64,000 nucleotides of DNA from an uncultured Acidobacteriota bacterium (GTDB lineage: Bacteria; Acidobacteriota; Terriglobia; Terriglobales; Acidobacteriaceae), in NCBI GenBank assembly GCA_963836945.1, contig CAWILL010000014.1, positions 106,486 to 170,485 on the forward strand, written 5' to 3'. Within the stretch, counting starts at the first letter, position 1. Every line of letters starts with the position of its first letter. The translations under genes were made by a program, and so were the position numbers. Below the pieces are notes generated by a model that was given only the letters and a program-made list of their open reading frames with translations, did no database searches and had not been told where the DNA came from. This document shows, piece by piece, positions 55,787 to 64,000 of the stretch.

Positions 55787-56503
55787 TTAAGCGCTTACCA
55801 TCGACCCAATCTTCTCGCCCAGCACCACGCGCCCTATGTTCCCGTGCTGATTCAAGCTGAACACGACGATCGGCAGATTATTGTCCTTGCACAGCGAGAT
55901 CGCCGTCGAGTCCATCACCTTCAGCCCCAGCTTCAGAACATCCATGTAGGAAATGTGATTGAACTTCCGCGCGCCATCTACCTTCATCGGGTCGGCGTCA
56001 TAGATGCCGTCAACCTTGGTGGCTTTCAAAATCACGTCGGCCTTGATTTCCATGGCGCGCAGCGACGCAGCCGTGTCGGTCGAGAAGTAAGGATTCCCTG
56101 TGCCGCCCGCGAAAATCACCACGCGATTCTTCTCCAGATGCCGGATGGCGCGCCGTCGTATAAACGGCTCGGCCACCTGATTCATCTCAATCGCCGATTG
56201 CACCCGTGTATACACACCCTGCTTCTCCAGCGCGTCCTGCAATGCGAGCCCGTTGATCACGGTCGCCAGCATTCCCATGTGATCGGCCGAAACACGATCC
56301 ATGTCCTTCGCTTGATGAGCGACTCCGCGGAAAAAGTTTCCCCCGCCCACCACGATTGCGATCTGCACGCCGAGCTTATGGACGTCGGCAATCTCAGCCG
56401 CAATCTCGTGAATGCGTTTCGTCTCGACGCCAAAGCCCTGGTTCGCCGCCAGCGCTTCACCGGATAGTTTCAGAAGAATGCGTTTGAACACAGGGGTTGT
56501 CAT
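55787..56503 (-). CDS. pyrH: UMP kinase
   Basis: [39 protein letters not shown]. Confidence 0.95.
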   Translation of the reverse strand: MTTPVFKRILLKLSGEALAANQGFGVETKRIHEIAAEIADVHKLGVQIAIVVGGGNFFRGVAHQAKDMDRVSADHMGMLATVINGLALQDALEKQGVYTRVQSAIEMNQVAEPFIRRRAIRHLEKNRVVIFAGGTGNPYFSTDTAASLRAMEIKADVILKATKVDGIYDADPMKVDGARKFNHISYMDVLKLGLKVMDSTAISLCKDNNLPIVVFSLNQHGNIGRVVLGEKIGSMVSA

Positions 56504-56577
56504 TTTCTAGGTATTCCAGGTACTTCAGTTCGAAGACCGATTTCCTCGCGACCGTGCCGGTCGGGAATGACTTTCCG

Positions 56578-56862
56578 CTAGGTTTTTGCCCTAATCAGGA
56601 GCAATCTTGCACCACGAAACAGCAAGATCGCAGCGATCACCCCAATCGTTATCAGAAACAATTTACGCTCTCTCGCATGCTGGGCGGTTGCCGCGCCCAG
56701 GGAGAGCATTCTAAGCCCCATGAGGACTTCTGCTACCTGAACCCGGCGACGACTTTCGAATCTACACTTATCACCGACCCCGCATACCACGCAGCCGCCA
56801 AGGTAATAAAGCCACCGCCGGCGAGACCTCCAACCATGACGGCAGCGATCGTGAGAATCATC
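56578..56862 (-). CDS. Possible small membrane protein (94 aa), speculative
   Basis: ATG 56862 with GAGG 7 nt upstream. Two hydrophobic segments (MILTIAAVMVGGLA, LFLITIGVIAAILLF). Lies between the tsf terminator and pyrH. The track lists only the 3' 70 aa. Confidence 0.3.
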   Translation of the reverse strand, partial: DDSHDRCRHGWRSRRRWLYYLGGCVVCGVGDKCRFESRRRVQVAEVLMGLRMLSLGAATAQHARERKLFLITIGVIAAILLFRGARLLLIRAKT

Positions 56863-56901
56863 TCGCGCCCTCGTGAACTACGGAGAGCTGCTCCTCCCAG
56901 C

Positions 56902-56925
56902 AAAAAGGCGCCCCGCAGGGCGCCC
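56902..56925 (-). terminator. Rho-independent terminator after tsf
   Basis: Minus strand: GGCGCCC-UGCG-GGGCGCC followed by UUUUU. Confidence 0.75.
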
Positions 56926-56930
56926 TGAAA

Positions 56931-57587
56931 TTACTCAGCCTTTGGCTCTGAGGGTTTGGTGATCGCGATGGTCTCCCCCGCGTCCCCCACCTTGAACCGC
57001 GCAAACCGCCGTACGGCAATATTCTCGCCGAGCTTGCCGATCTTCGACGCGATCAGTTGCCCAATCGAGATGGTCTGGTCCTTGATGAAAGGCTGCTCGA
57101 GCAAGCAGACTTCCTCATAGAACTTCTCCATCTTGCCGTTCACCATCTTCTCGGCGATGTTCGCCGGCTTGCCGCTGGCGATTGCCTGCGCGAGATAGAT
57201 TTCCTTCTCGCGTGCGAAGTCCGCCGCCGTAACGTCTTCCTTGCGCACGTACTTGGGATCGCTAGCCGCGATGTGCATGGCGACGTCGTGCAGCAGCTCC
57301 TTAAAGTCGTCCGTACGCGCCACGAAATCGCTCTCGCAATTCACCTCGACGAGCACACCAATCTTGCCGCCGGCGTGGATGTAGCTCCCCACCGCCCCTT
57401 CGCTGGTCACTCGAGTTGCCTTCTTCGCCGCCACCGAAACACCCTTCTTCCGCAGGATCACGACCGCCTGCTCCATGTCACCTTTGGCTTCGGTCAAAGC
57501 CTGCTTGCAATCCATCATCGGAGCCCCGGTCTTCTCCCGGAGATCCTTCACTTGCGCCGCTGAAATATTCACTGTAGTAGTACCCAT
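56931..57587 (-). CDS. tsf: Translation elongation factor Ts (short form)
   Basis: N-terminal UBA-like VKDLREKTGAPMMDCKQALTEAKGDMEQAV and core IGVLVEVNCESDFVAR. Confidence 0.95.
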   Translation of the reverse strand: MGTTTVNISAAQVKDLREKTGAPMMDCKQALTEAKGDMEQAVVILRKKGVSVAAKKATRVTSEGAVGSYIHAGGKIGVLVEVNCESDFVARTDDFKELLHDVAMHIAASDPKYVRKEDVTAADFAREKEIYLAQAIASGKPANIAEKMVNGKMEKFYEEVCLLEQPFIKDQTISIGQLIASKIGKLGENIAVRRFARFKVGDAGETIAITKPSEPKAE

Positions 57588-57814
57588 AAGATTCCTTCTT
57601 CGTAGAGACGTAAGCTTGCTACGTCTCTTCTAGCCACATGATGATCTGCCGCTACCGGCAGGAGACGTTGCAAGCGACGTCTCTACAGAAACAACGACCC
57701 GCGCCGGACGACCCGCGCGGGTCTTATATCAATGCCCGGTTTGTCTCGTACCCTGCAAACCACATCCAGTGTGGTTTTAACTGAGAACTGACAACTGAGA
57801 ACCGAGAACTGCTT

Positions 57815-58708
57815 CTACACCGTCTGGCTCTCCACCTTCGGCAGATCCGCGTCTTCGTTTGCCACCGGCTTCTTGTGCGTCCCCGGACCCAGCACTTCTT
57901 CCATGCTGATGTCTTCCGCAGGATCCACTGCAGCGGCTTCCTCGCTGTGGTACTCAGGGGCTGCGTCCGCAGCCGCCTGCGCCGCATCCGAAGCAGCCTG
58001 CATATCCGCAACCTGCTTGTCGGTCATCAACTGCGCGCCTTCCGCAATCGATTCCGAAATCTTCGACGTAAACAGCCGGATCGCCCGCAATGCATCGTCG
58101 TTGCCCGGGATCACGTAGTCCACTTCCGTCGGATCGCAGTTTGTGTCCACCACCGCGACCACCGGAATTCCCAGCTTGCGCGCCTCGCGCACCGCGATCT
58201 GTTCCTTGTTCGAGTCAATCACAAAGATCGCGTCGGGCAGACGGTTCATGTTCTTGATGCCGGCCAGGTTGGCCTGCAGATGCTTCCGCTCGCGCTCGAG
58301 CTTGATCACTTCCTTCTTCGGCAGCAGCTCGTAGCGGCCGTCCGTGGCCATCTCGTCGAGCTCTTTCAGCCGCTTCACCGATTTCTGCACGGTGACCCAG
58401 TTGGTGAGCAGTCCGCCCAGCCAGCGCTGGTTGATGTAGAACGCTCCGCACTTCTGCGCCTCTTCGGCAATCGCGTCCTGCGCCTGGCGCTTGGTTCCCA
58501 CGAACAGCACAATCCTGCCGTCGGTCGCCAGATCCTGCACAAACTTCGACGCCTCTTTGAACATCTTCAGCGTCTTCTGCAAATCGATAATGTAAATCCC
58601 GTTGCGCTCTCCAAAGATGTATTCCTTCATCTTGGGATTCCAGCGCTTGGTCTGATGCCCGAAGTGAACTCCTGCTTCGAGCAACTCCTTCATGGTGATA
58701 GTAGCCAA
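57815..58708 (-). CDS. rpsB: 30S ribosomal protein S2
   Basis: [22 protein letters not shown]...NGIYIIDL...FVGTKRQA, with an acidic C-terminal extension. Confidence 0.95.
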   Translation of the reverse strand: MATITMKELLEAGVHFGHQTKRWNPKMKEYIFGERNGIYIIDLQKTLKMFKEASKFVQDLATDGRIVLFVGTKRQAQDAIAEEAQKCGAFYINQRWLGGLLTNWVTVQKSVKRLKELDEMATDGRYELLPKKEVIKLERERKHLQANLAGIKNMNRLPDAIFVIDSNKEQIAVREARKLGIPVVAVVDTNCDPTEVDYVIPGNDDALRAIRLFTSKISESIAEGAQLMTDKQVADMQAASDAAQAAADAAPEYHSEEAAAVDPAEDISMEEVLGPGTHKKPVANEDADLPKVESQTV

Positions 58709-58890
58709 TTAACCTCCTATTTAGTCTGCATCGGGAACTCAATGTGCTTTCCCGATTGCCATTCCCGTCCCCGTACCGGAGCACGGGAAGAATTGAACAC
58801 CTAAAATCAGCTCTCAGCTCTCAACAAAAGCCAAAACCCTTTGTCATTCCGAGCGTGGCGAGGAATCTGCTGTTCCTCGACGCCCCAGTA

Positions 58891-59286
58891 CTAGCGCTTC
58901 GAGAACTGGAACCGCTTTCTCGCGCCCTTCTGTCCGTACTTCTTGCGCTCTTTCCCGCGCGAGTCGCGGCTGACCATGCCTTCCGACTTCAGCTTCTTGC
59001 GCAGTTCCGCGTTGAACTGCATCAATGCGCGCGCGATGCCGAGCTTCACTGCATCCGCCTGACCGCGCACGCCGCCGCCCAGCACGCTGGCGACAACGTT
59101 GAACGTAGCCACCGCGTCCGCCGATGCCAGCGGAGATTTCGCCGCCGAGCGCTGCGCCGGCGTTACGAAGTACTCGTCAAAAGCGCGTCCGTTGACTTTG
59201 AAATCGCCACTGCCGGGACGCAGATACACACGAGCGATCGCCGTCTTGCGCCGCCCTGTTCCGTAATATTGAACCAACTCTGCCAT
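58891..59286 (-). CDS. rpsI: 30S ribosomal protein S9
   Basis: YYGTGRRKTAIARV...GGGVRGQADAVKLGIARAL...RDSRGKERKKYG. Confidence 0.95.
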   Translation of the reverse strand: MAELVQYYGTGRRKTAIARVYLRPGSGDFKVNGRAFDEYFVTPAQRSAAKSPLASADAVATFNVVASVLGGGVRGQADAVKLGIARALMQFNAELRKKLKSEGMVSRDSRGKERKKYGQKGARKRFQFSKR

Positions 59287-59371
59287 GTTTAGCTTCGAGC
59301 CATGAGTCCCGAGCTTCGAGCAACACCAGAAGCCCTTGTCCCCGACTCTTAACCTTTCAGATATGAATTTT

Positions 59372-59416
59372 CTCGTAGCTCGTAGCTCGTAGCTCGTAGC
59401 TCGAGGCTCGTAGCTC
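59372..59416. repeat. Heptanucleotide tandem repeat (CTCGTAG)x6.4 in the rplM-rpsI spacer
   Basis: ctcgtag ctcgtag ctcgtag ctcgtag ctcgagg ctcgtag ctc. Confidence 0.9.
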
Positions 59417-59418
59417 TC

Positions 59419-59886
59419 TTACGAAACCGCAACCTTCCGCGGCCGGTACTCACGCACTTCCAACTTCAAATCCTGCGGCTTCTGAGCCTGATGCGGATGC
59501 TTGTCGCCCTTGTACACATTCAGCTTCGACAGCATATGCGCCGCGAGCTTGTTCTTCGGCAGCATACGCCGCACCGCGGCTTCAATTACCGCTTCCGGCT
59601 TGCGGTCCATGCGCTTTTTGTACTCTTCGGTGCGCAGACCACCCGGATATCCGGTGTAGTGCTGATACAGCTTCTGCTCCGACTTCATGCCGGTCGTCTT
59701 GATCTTCTCCGCATTGATCACGATCACGTGATCGCCGGTATCGATAAACGGCGTATACCGCGGATTCTCCTTGCCCATGAGGATGCGCGCTACCTGTGAA
59801 GCCAGGCGCCCGAGCGTCTGCCCGTCTGCATCCACGACGTACCACTTGCGCACAATTTCCCCCTCTTTGGGGAAATACGTTGACAT
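59419..59886 (-). CDS. rplM: 50S ribosomal protein L13
   Basis: [37 protein letters not shown], the canonical L13 N-terminus. Confidence 0.95.
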   Translation of the reverse strand: MSTYFPKEGEIVRKWYVVDADGQTLGRLASQVARILMGKENPRYTPFIDTGDHVIVINAEKIKTTGMKSEQKLYQHYTGYPGGLRTEEYKKRMDRKPEAVIEAAVRRMLPKNKLAAHMLSKLNVYKGDKHPHQAQKPQDLKLEVREYRPRKVAVS

Positions 59887-59996
59887 CGGAACTCTCCCAG
59901 ATTTGAAAAAGGCTGCGAAAGAAAACCGCTCGTTGATTCCCCTGACGAGGACGCCAGGACCATCAGGCGGGCAACCACACTACTGCTAAAGACTTT

Positions 59997-60026
59997 AATG
60001 TACCGAACCTACTCGACCATTGTCAA
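59997..60026 (-). promoter_or_regulatory. Possible sigma-70 promoter for rplM-rpsI
   Basis: Minus strand: TTGACA (60026-60021), an 18-nt spacer, then TACATT (60002-59997). Confidence 0.3.
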
Positions 60027-60078
60027 CGCCGTGTTACTCACCGGCTGGCGGTGGTAACGTATGCTTCGGAGGTTCCCC

Positions 60079-60606
60079 ATGAAGTTACTCCCCAGACTTT
60101 TTGTCGTGTTCGCGGTTCTTTCTCTGCCCGCATGGGCGCAGCACGGCGGCCATGGCAGCCACTCGGTCGGCGGCGGCTATGTTCCGAAACACGGTCCACC
60201 TCCTTCTCATGGCACCGTTGCGCGCCCAGCCGCGCCCCAAGCCAGCTTCCGCGACCGCGAAGGGCATCCCGAAGCCCCCCATGTCCATCACAACGGAGAG
60301 TGGATCGGGCACGACTACGGACGTGATGATGCGCGCTTCCATCTCGATCATCCGTGGGAGCATGGTCACTTTGAAGGCGGCTTCGGCCCCGGTCACCGGT
60401 GGCGCCTTGGCGGAGGCGGTCCGGGCCGCTTCTGGTTCGGCGGATTCTTTTTTAGCGTCGCGGCTTTTGATGTCGGTTATTGCCATGACTGGCTCTGGGA
60501 CAGCGACGACATTGTGATCTACGACGATCCCGACCACGACGGCTGGTATCTCGCCTACAATGTGCGATTGGGCAGCTACGTTCACGTCACGTATCTCGGA
60601 CGATAG
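60079..60606 (+). CDS. Secreted His/Gly-rich protein of unknown family (paralog 1)
   Basis: GGAGG 6 nt upstream. Signal peptide [20 protein letters not shown], then QHGGHGSHS... and a conserved C-terminal domain [14 protein letters not shown]...[26 protein letters not shown]. Confidence 0.8.
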   Translation: MKLLPRLFVVFAVLSLPAWAQHGGHGSHSVGGGYVPKHGPPPSHGTVARPAAPQASFRDREGHPEAPHVHHNGEWIGHDYGRDDARFHLDHPWEHGHFEGGFGPGHRWRLGGGGPGRFWFGGFFFSVAAFDVGYCHDWLWDSDDIVIYDDPDHDGWYLAYNVRLGSYVHVTYLGR

Positions 60607-60755
60607 CTCTCCGGTGTATTTAGAAATCGAACACAAAGGCGACGCCAATTCTTGTCCGTCCGTCAATGGCAACAACGTTCGCATTTCTTCATCAGAGGTT
60701 GGCCATCCGCTGCGACGACATCGGCAGTGGTAACGTATGTCCTCGGAGGTTGTTA

Positions 60756-61316
60756 ATGAAACTGTTTCCCGGAGTCCTTACAGCGGCTCTGATCCTCTCC
60801 CTGCCTGCCTTCGCCCAAAAAGATGACCACCACGACGACCACCACCACGACGTCGGTGGAGGATACGTTCCTCACCATGGGCCGCAGGCCTATCATGGCG
60901 ACCAGCACGAAGGCGACCGCCGCGATGACCACCATGACGATCGGGACCGGCACTCTTATCAGGACCGCGACGGCCATCCGGAGGCCCCACACGTCCACCA
61001 CAACGGCGAATGGGTTGGGCACGACGTGCGGCGGGATGACGACCGCTTCCACCTCGACCATCCCTGGCAATACGGCCGCTTTCAAGGTGGCTTCGGTCGC
61101 GGACATCGGTGGCGCATCGAGGGTGGGGATCCCCGCCGTTTCTGGTTTCGTGGCTTCTACTTCGGCGTCGCCCCGTTTGACCTTGCCTATGCCAATGACT
61201 GGTATTGGGACCGCGACGATGTGGTGATTTACGAAGATCCCGACCACGACGGCTGGTATCTCGCCTACAACGTACGACTTGGCACTTACGTTCACGTAAC
61301 GTATCTAGGACGATAG
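60756..61316 (+). CDS. Secreted His/Asp-rich protein of unknown family (paralog 2)
   Basis: GGAGG upstream. Signal peptide [20 protein letters not shown], then [12 protein letters not shown]...[13 protein letters not shown] and the same C-terminal domain as paralog 1. Confidence 0.8.
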   Translation: MKLFPGVLTAALILSLPAFAQKDDHHDDHHHDVGGGYVPHHGPQAYHGDQHEGDRRDDHHDDRDRHSYQDRDGHPEAPHVHHNGEWVGHDVRRDDDRFHLDHPWQYGRFQGGFGRGHRWRIEGGDPRRFWFRGFYFGVAPFDLAYANDWYWDRDDVVIYEDPDHDGWYLAYNVRLGTYVHVTYLGR

Positions 61317-61537
61317 CTGCGATCTAGAAGTTGACCGTGGCCATCTGGCTGCAGTGATCCCCGATGCCCGATCGTTTGTCGTTCATATTCCGTGAATTGT
61401 TGGACGTTCACAAGCCGCGAAGCGGCGATAGAATGCCAGCCCATGGCGCAAGCCATGGGTTTGCGATTTCAGGTCGAACCAGCCCCAATGGGGCAATGGG
61501 GCGAAAGACACTCTCCACAATTCCGAGGCATTCCATC

Positions 61538-61892
61538 ATGCCCGCAGCGAAGAAAAGCGCGCCGAACGAAGCCCTCTACGACAAACTCATTGCCACAATC
61601 CCGGAGATCGAGCGCAAAGGCGACGCCAATCCCTACACCTCGTTGAACGGCAACATGTTCACCCTTCTCCATCAATCGAGGTTGGCGATCCGCCTGCCCG
61701 AAAACGAGCGCGATGAATTCCTCAAAAAGGTACCAGACGAACTTATTCGAAGCCTACGCCACAGTCATGAAGGAATACGTCGCCGTCCCCGACGACCTCT
61801 TACCCAAGACGAAGGAACTGAAGAAGTATCTCGAGCTAAGTTATTCCTATGCCAAGACCTTAAAACCGAAACCGACGAAAAAGACGAAGTAG
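61538..61892 (+). pseudogene. Conserved-looking small protein gene with a +1 frameshift at an A5G2 run
   Basis: Frame 0 reads MPAAKKSAPNEALYDKLIATIPEIERKGDANPYTSLNGNMFTLLHQS...ENERDEFLKK. After AAAAAGG (61724-61730) the protein-like continuation YQTNLFEAYATVMKEYVAVPDDLLPKTKELKKYLELSYSYAKTLKPKPTKKTK* is in the +1 frame. Confidence 0.5.
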
Positions 61893-61963
61893 TCTTTCCT
61901 TCGTGAACCTTCGTGCCCTTTGTGGTTACAGGTTTGGATTCCCGTGATACTATTTTCGCCGTT

Positions 61964-62464
61964 ATGCGCCGCCGCATTCTCTTCGCGATCGTCCTGACAA
62001 TCGTTGCGGGCGCCTCCATCGCCGTCGCCCAGCGCGATGAAACCGGCCAGCCCGCCCCCCGCTTCCGCGCCAAAACCACCGCCGGAGATCAGTTCAATAA
62101 CGACTCCATCAAGGGAAAGGTCGTACTGTTCGAATTCTGGACCACGTGGTGCAAGTATTGCGAAGAGGAAGCCCAACTGGTCGATGACATTGCCAAGGAA
62201 TATAAGAGCAAAGATCTGATCGTGCTCGCCGTCAACGTCCTCGAACCCGATCAACGAGTGAAGAAGTATGTGGTGGAACACCCGCGCACCGTTCCCATCG
62301 TCCTCACCAAAGACACGAACCTCGCCGCCATGTACAACGCGCAGGTGTATCCCATTTACGTAGTCGTCGACCGTGACGGTAACATCGCCGGCGAACAGCG
62401 CGGTGCTGCCGGAGAGCGTGGCCTTCGCCGCATGCTCCGCCGCGCCGGCCTCGAGTCCGAATAG
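61964..62464 (+). CDS. TlpA/ResA-like thiol-disulfide oxidoreductase (thioredoxin fold)
   Basis: Start trimmed to MRRRILFAIVLTIVAGASIAVAQ. CxxC active site FWTTWCKYCEEE. Confidence 0.85.
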   Translation: MRRRILFAIVLTIVAGASIAVAQRDETGQPAPRFRAKTTAGDQFNNDSIKGKVVLFEFWTTWCKYCEEEAQLVDDIAKEYKSKDLIVLAVNVLEPDQRVKKYVVEHPRTVPIVLTKDTNLAAMYNAQVYPIYVVVDRDGNIAGEQRGAAGERGLRRMLRRAGLESE

Positions 62465-62490
62465 CAACCCGCTCCACTCCCGGAGGTCTG

Positions 62491-62784
62491 ATGACCAGAC
62501 ACACGTATGAGCTCGCCGCCTCTATTTGCGGATTTCTTGGTGGCGCGATCTTATCTCTTGACGCGCTCTTCGCGGTGCGCCGCGCCCGCTCGGAACGCGG
62601 TAAGGAAGCGGTGCGGGAGGCCGTTCAGAAGGCAAAGGGTGTGTACGTCGATGACCACGACAAGGTCCTGACTTCGGCTTATGCGTTGCAGCTATTATTC
62701 GCCCGCAGAGTCGCCGCCGCTGGCCGCATCGGTTTCGGCCTGATCACGCTCGGATTCCTGATGGATTTGATCTCGAAGTGGTAG
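62491..62784 (+). CDS. Small two-TM membrane protein, unknown function
   Basis: GGAGG 6 nt upstream of the ATG. Hydrophobic segments ICGFLGGAILSLDALFAV and IGFGLITLGFLMDLI. Confidence 0.6.
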   Translation: MTRHTYELAASICGFLGGAILSLDALFAVRRARSERGKEAVREAVQKAKGVYVDDHDKVLTSAYALQLLFARRVAAAGRIGFGLITLGFLMDLISKW

Positions 62785-62787
62785 CCG

Positions 62788-63108
62788 CTAATCCCGCTCT
62801 TCTTCAATGTTGAGCAGATCAAACAGAGTCGCGCCGGCAAAGTTGGTAATGTTTCGTCCGGCCTCGTCCTGCCCATCGGGTACCGACTTGTCAGGACGGA
62901 ACACGACTGTGAAATGGCCGATGAGGGGAAGGCAGCAGGTTCCGTCAGTGGGATGATGTTCCGGAGACCGGGTGATACTGCCGTCGAGCAGCCCTTTCAC
63001 CACTTCGTCAAGCCGGGCTTGCAGTTCCTTCTCCCGGCCCTCCAGCGCCTCAAACAGACTCGCCAGCTTGCGATCAAACCTGCCGGCGCTGCGTAGCTCT
63101 CTTTTCAT
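62788..63108 (-). CDS. Hypothetical 106-aa protein, downstream partner of an AbrB-fold gene (toxin candidate, family unknown)
   Basis: ORF overlaps the upstream AbrB-like gene by 35 nt. No family recognised. The segment HHPTDGTCCLPLIGHFTVVFRPD is only vaguely RelE/ParE-like. Confidence 0.5.
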   Translation of the reverse strand: MKRELRSAGRFDRKLASLFEALEGREKELQARLDEVVKGLLDGSITRSPEHHPTDGTCCLPLIGHFTVVFRPDKSVPDGQDEAGRNITNFAGATLFDLLNIEEERD

Positions 63109-63523
63109 GACGCTTGCTGGAACTCCGAGGTGTCTCCCCCAGGCTGGATAATAGCTTCATCAGCATCGCCTCGACTACCGTCTCGACGTCGTGACGCTGC
63201 GACTCGGTCAGGTGCTCCGCTTCCGGCTCAGCCACACTCGGAGCCTCGCCCTTGCGCAGCTTTTCCACGTGCTTGCGAAAATCACCCACGCTGCGAATCA
63301 GCGTGTACCGGCCCTCTTGAATGTCCTGTTTCGCGGCACTCTCTTCCTGCCGCGCTTCCGCCGAGCCGACCTTCACGATCTTCGCTGGGTGTAGCTGTAC
63401 TCCACCCTTGCCGTTCGTGGAGAATTCCACCATATCGCCCAGGTTAAGCCCCATCTGTTCCACCACCGAAGCCGGCAATGTCACCTGGTTCCGTTCCCGC
63501 AGGCGAGCATATTCGCGTGCCAT
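63074..63523 (-). CDS. AbrB/MazE/SpoVT-type DNA-binding protein (antitoxin-like) with long C-terminal extension
   Basis: Start trimmed to MAREYARLRERNQVTLPASVVEQMGLNLGDMVEF (SpoVT-AbrB swapped-hairpin motif). AGGAG lies 5 nt upstream of ATG 63523. Confidence 0.7.
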   Translation of the reverse strand: MAREYARLRERNQVTLPASVVEQMGLNLGDMVEFSTNGKGGVQLHPAKIVKVGSAEARQEESAAKQDIQEGRYTLIRSVGDFRKHVEKLRKGEAPSVAEPEAEHLTESQRHDVETVVEAMLMKLLSSLGETPRSSSKRHEKRATQRRQV

Positions 63524-63591
63524 AGCATCTCCTACCTTTATGGAGATGTTAGCAGAAATCAGAATTTCGTACAATCAGAAATTCAGAACAA

Positions 63592-64000
63592 CTACTCGTA
63601 CGCCAGAGCATCAATGGGATCTCTCTGCGCCGCCTTGAATGCCGGATATAGCGCACCCAGCACGGCACCGACGGTCGCAATCGCAGTAGCCCGTAACACC
63701 CACCAATTGCTCCAGAACAGCCTCTGCACCGGACGCTCAAACATAATCACCCGCCGCGTCACCAGGCTGATGATGATCCCCGCGATGATGCCCACGATTG
63801 CGAGCAGCAACGTCTCCCGTAGCACGACATTCACGATGTACAACTTCGTCGCACCCAGCGACTTCAGAATCCCGATCTCGCGGGTCCGCTCCATCACCGC
63901 CGTATACATCGCTTGAAAAATCACCAGAAACCCAACGATGACGGCGATTCCAATCACAATTTCGATCGCCACATTGAAACCCGGCAGATTGTCCGGCGTC
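63592..64000 (-). CDS. ABC transporter permease, FtsX/MacB-like, C-terminal part (5' end outside the window)
   Basis: ERTREIGILKSLGATK...AFKAAQRDPIDALAYE. The frame is open to the window edge. Confidence 0.8.
   Translation of the reverse strand, partial: TPDNLPGFNVAIEIVIGIAVIVGFLVIFQAMYTAVMERTREIGILKSLGATKLYIVNVVLRETLLLAIVGIIAGIIISLVTRRVIMFERPVQRLFWSNWWVLRATAIATVGAVLGALYPAFKAAQRDPIDALAYE

Noticed and set aside
56497-56928. 143-aa plus-strand ORF in the tsf-pyrH gap
   Set aside because: It is Pro/Arg/Ser-rich with no motif or RBS, and it runs antisense through the tsf terminator. The minus-strand small ORF is the more plausible of the two, and even that is weak.
57875-58804. 309-aa ORF on the plus strand
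   Set aside because: It is antisense to rpsB, which is unambiguous on the minus strand.

Overview
This is a chromosomal window of about 58% GC, and its gene content points to Acidobacteriota (Terriglobia-like). The indicators are CarboxypepD_reg-type giant TonB-dependent receptors, tandem MacB-like ABC permeases, CRTAC1/TPR clusters, and several families of short hairpin repeats. Housekeeping genes include rnpB, glyA, alr, a TonB-family gene, skp, bamA, rplM-rpsI and rpsB-tsf-pyrH-frr. Region 8.1-32 kb is a long accessory locus. It holds a complete trans-4-hydroxyproline catabolic operon that runs, without a visible terminator, into GH127 and GH51 arabinofuranosidase genes and a 929-aa unknown. 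On the other side sit a divergent GntR regulator and a TonB-receptor / S9 DPP-IV-like peptidase / 782-aa Tat-protein operon. I interpret the whole locus as a hydroxyproline-rich glycoprotein (extensin-type) utilisation locus. The most unusual single element is a roughly 706-nt group IIC intron with no ORF. It sits directly behind a Rho-independent terminator at 52508-53213 on the minus strand. Other points:
- REP-like hairpin elements are inserted in frame inside two coding genes, a GNAT gene and a molybdopterin oxidoreductase gene.
- A perfectly duplicated sigma-54-type promoter lies upstream of the DUF4382 lipoprotein gene.
- Two tandem paralogs encode secreted histidine-rich proteins of unknown family.
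- There is a brnTA module with a frameshifted toxin, and an AbrB-fold gene paired with an unknown small gene.
- Several frameshifted or fragmentary genes are present.

All functional calls come from motif recognition by eye. No database search was run.
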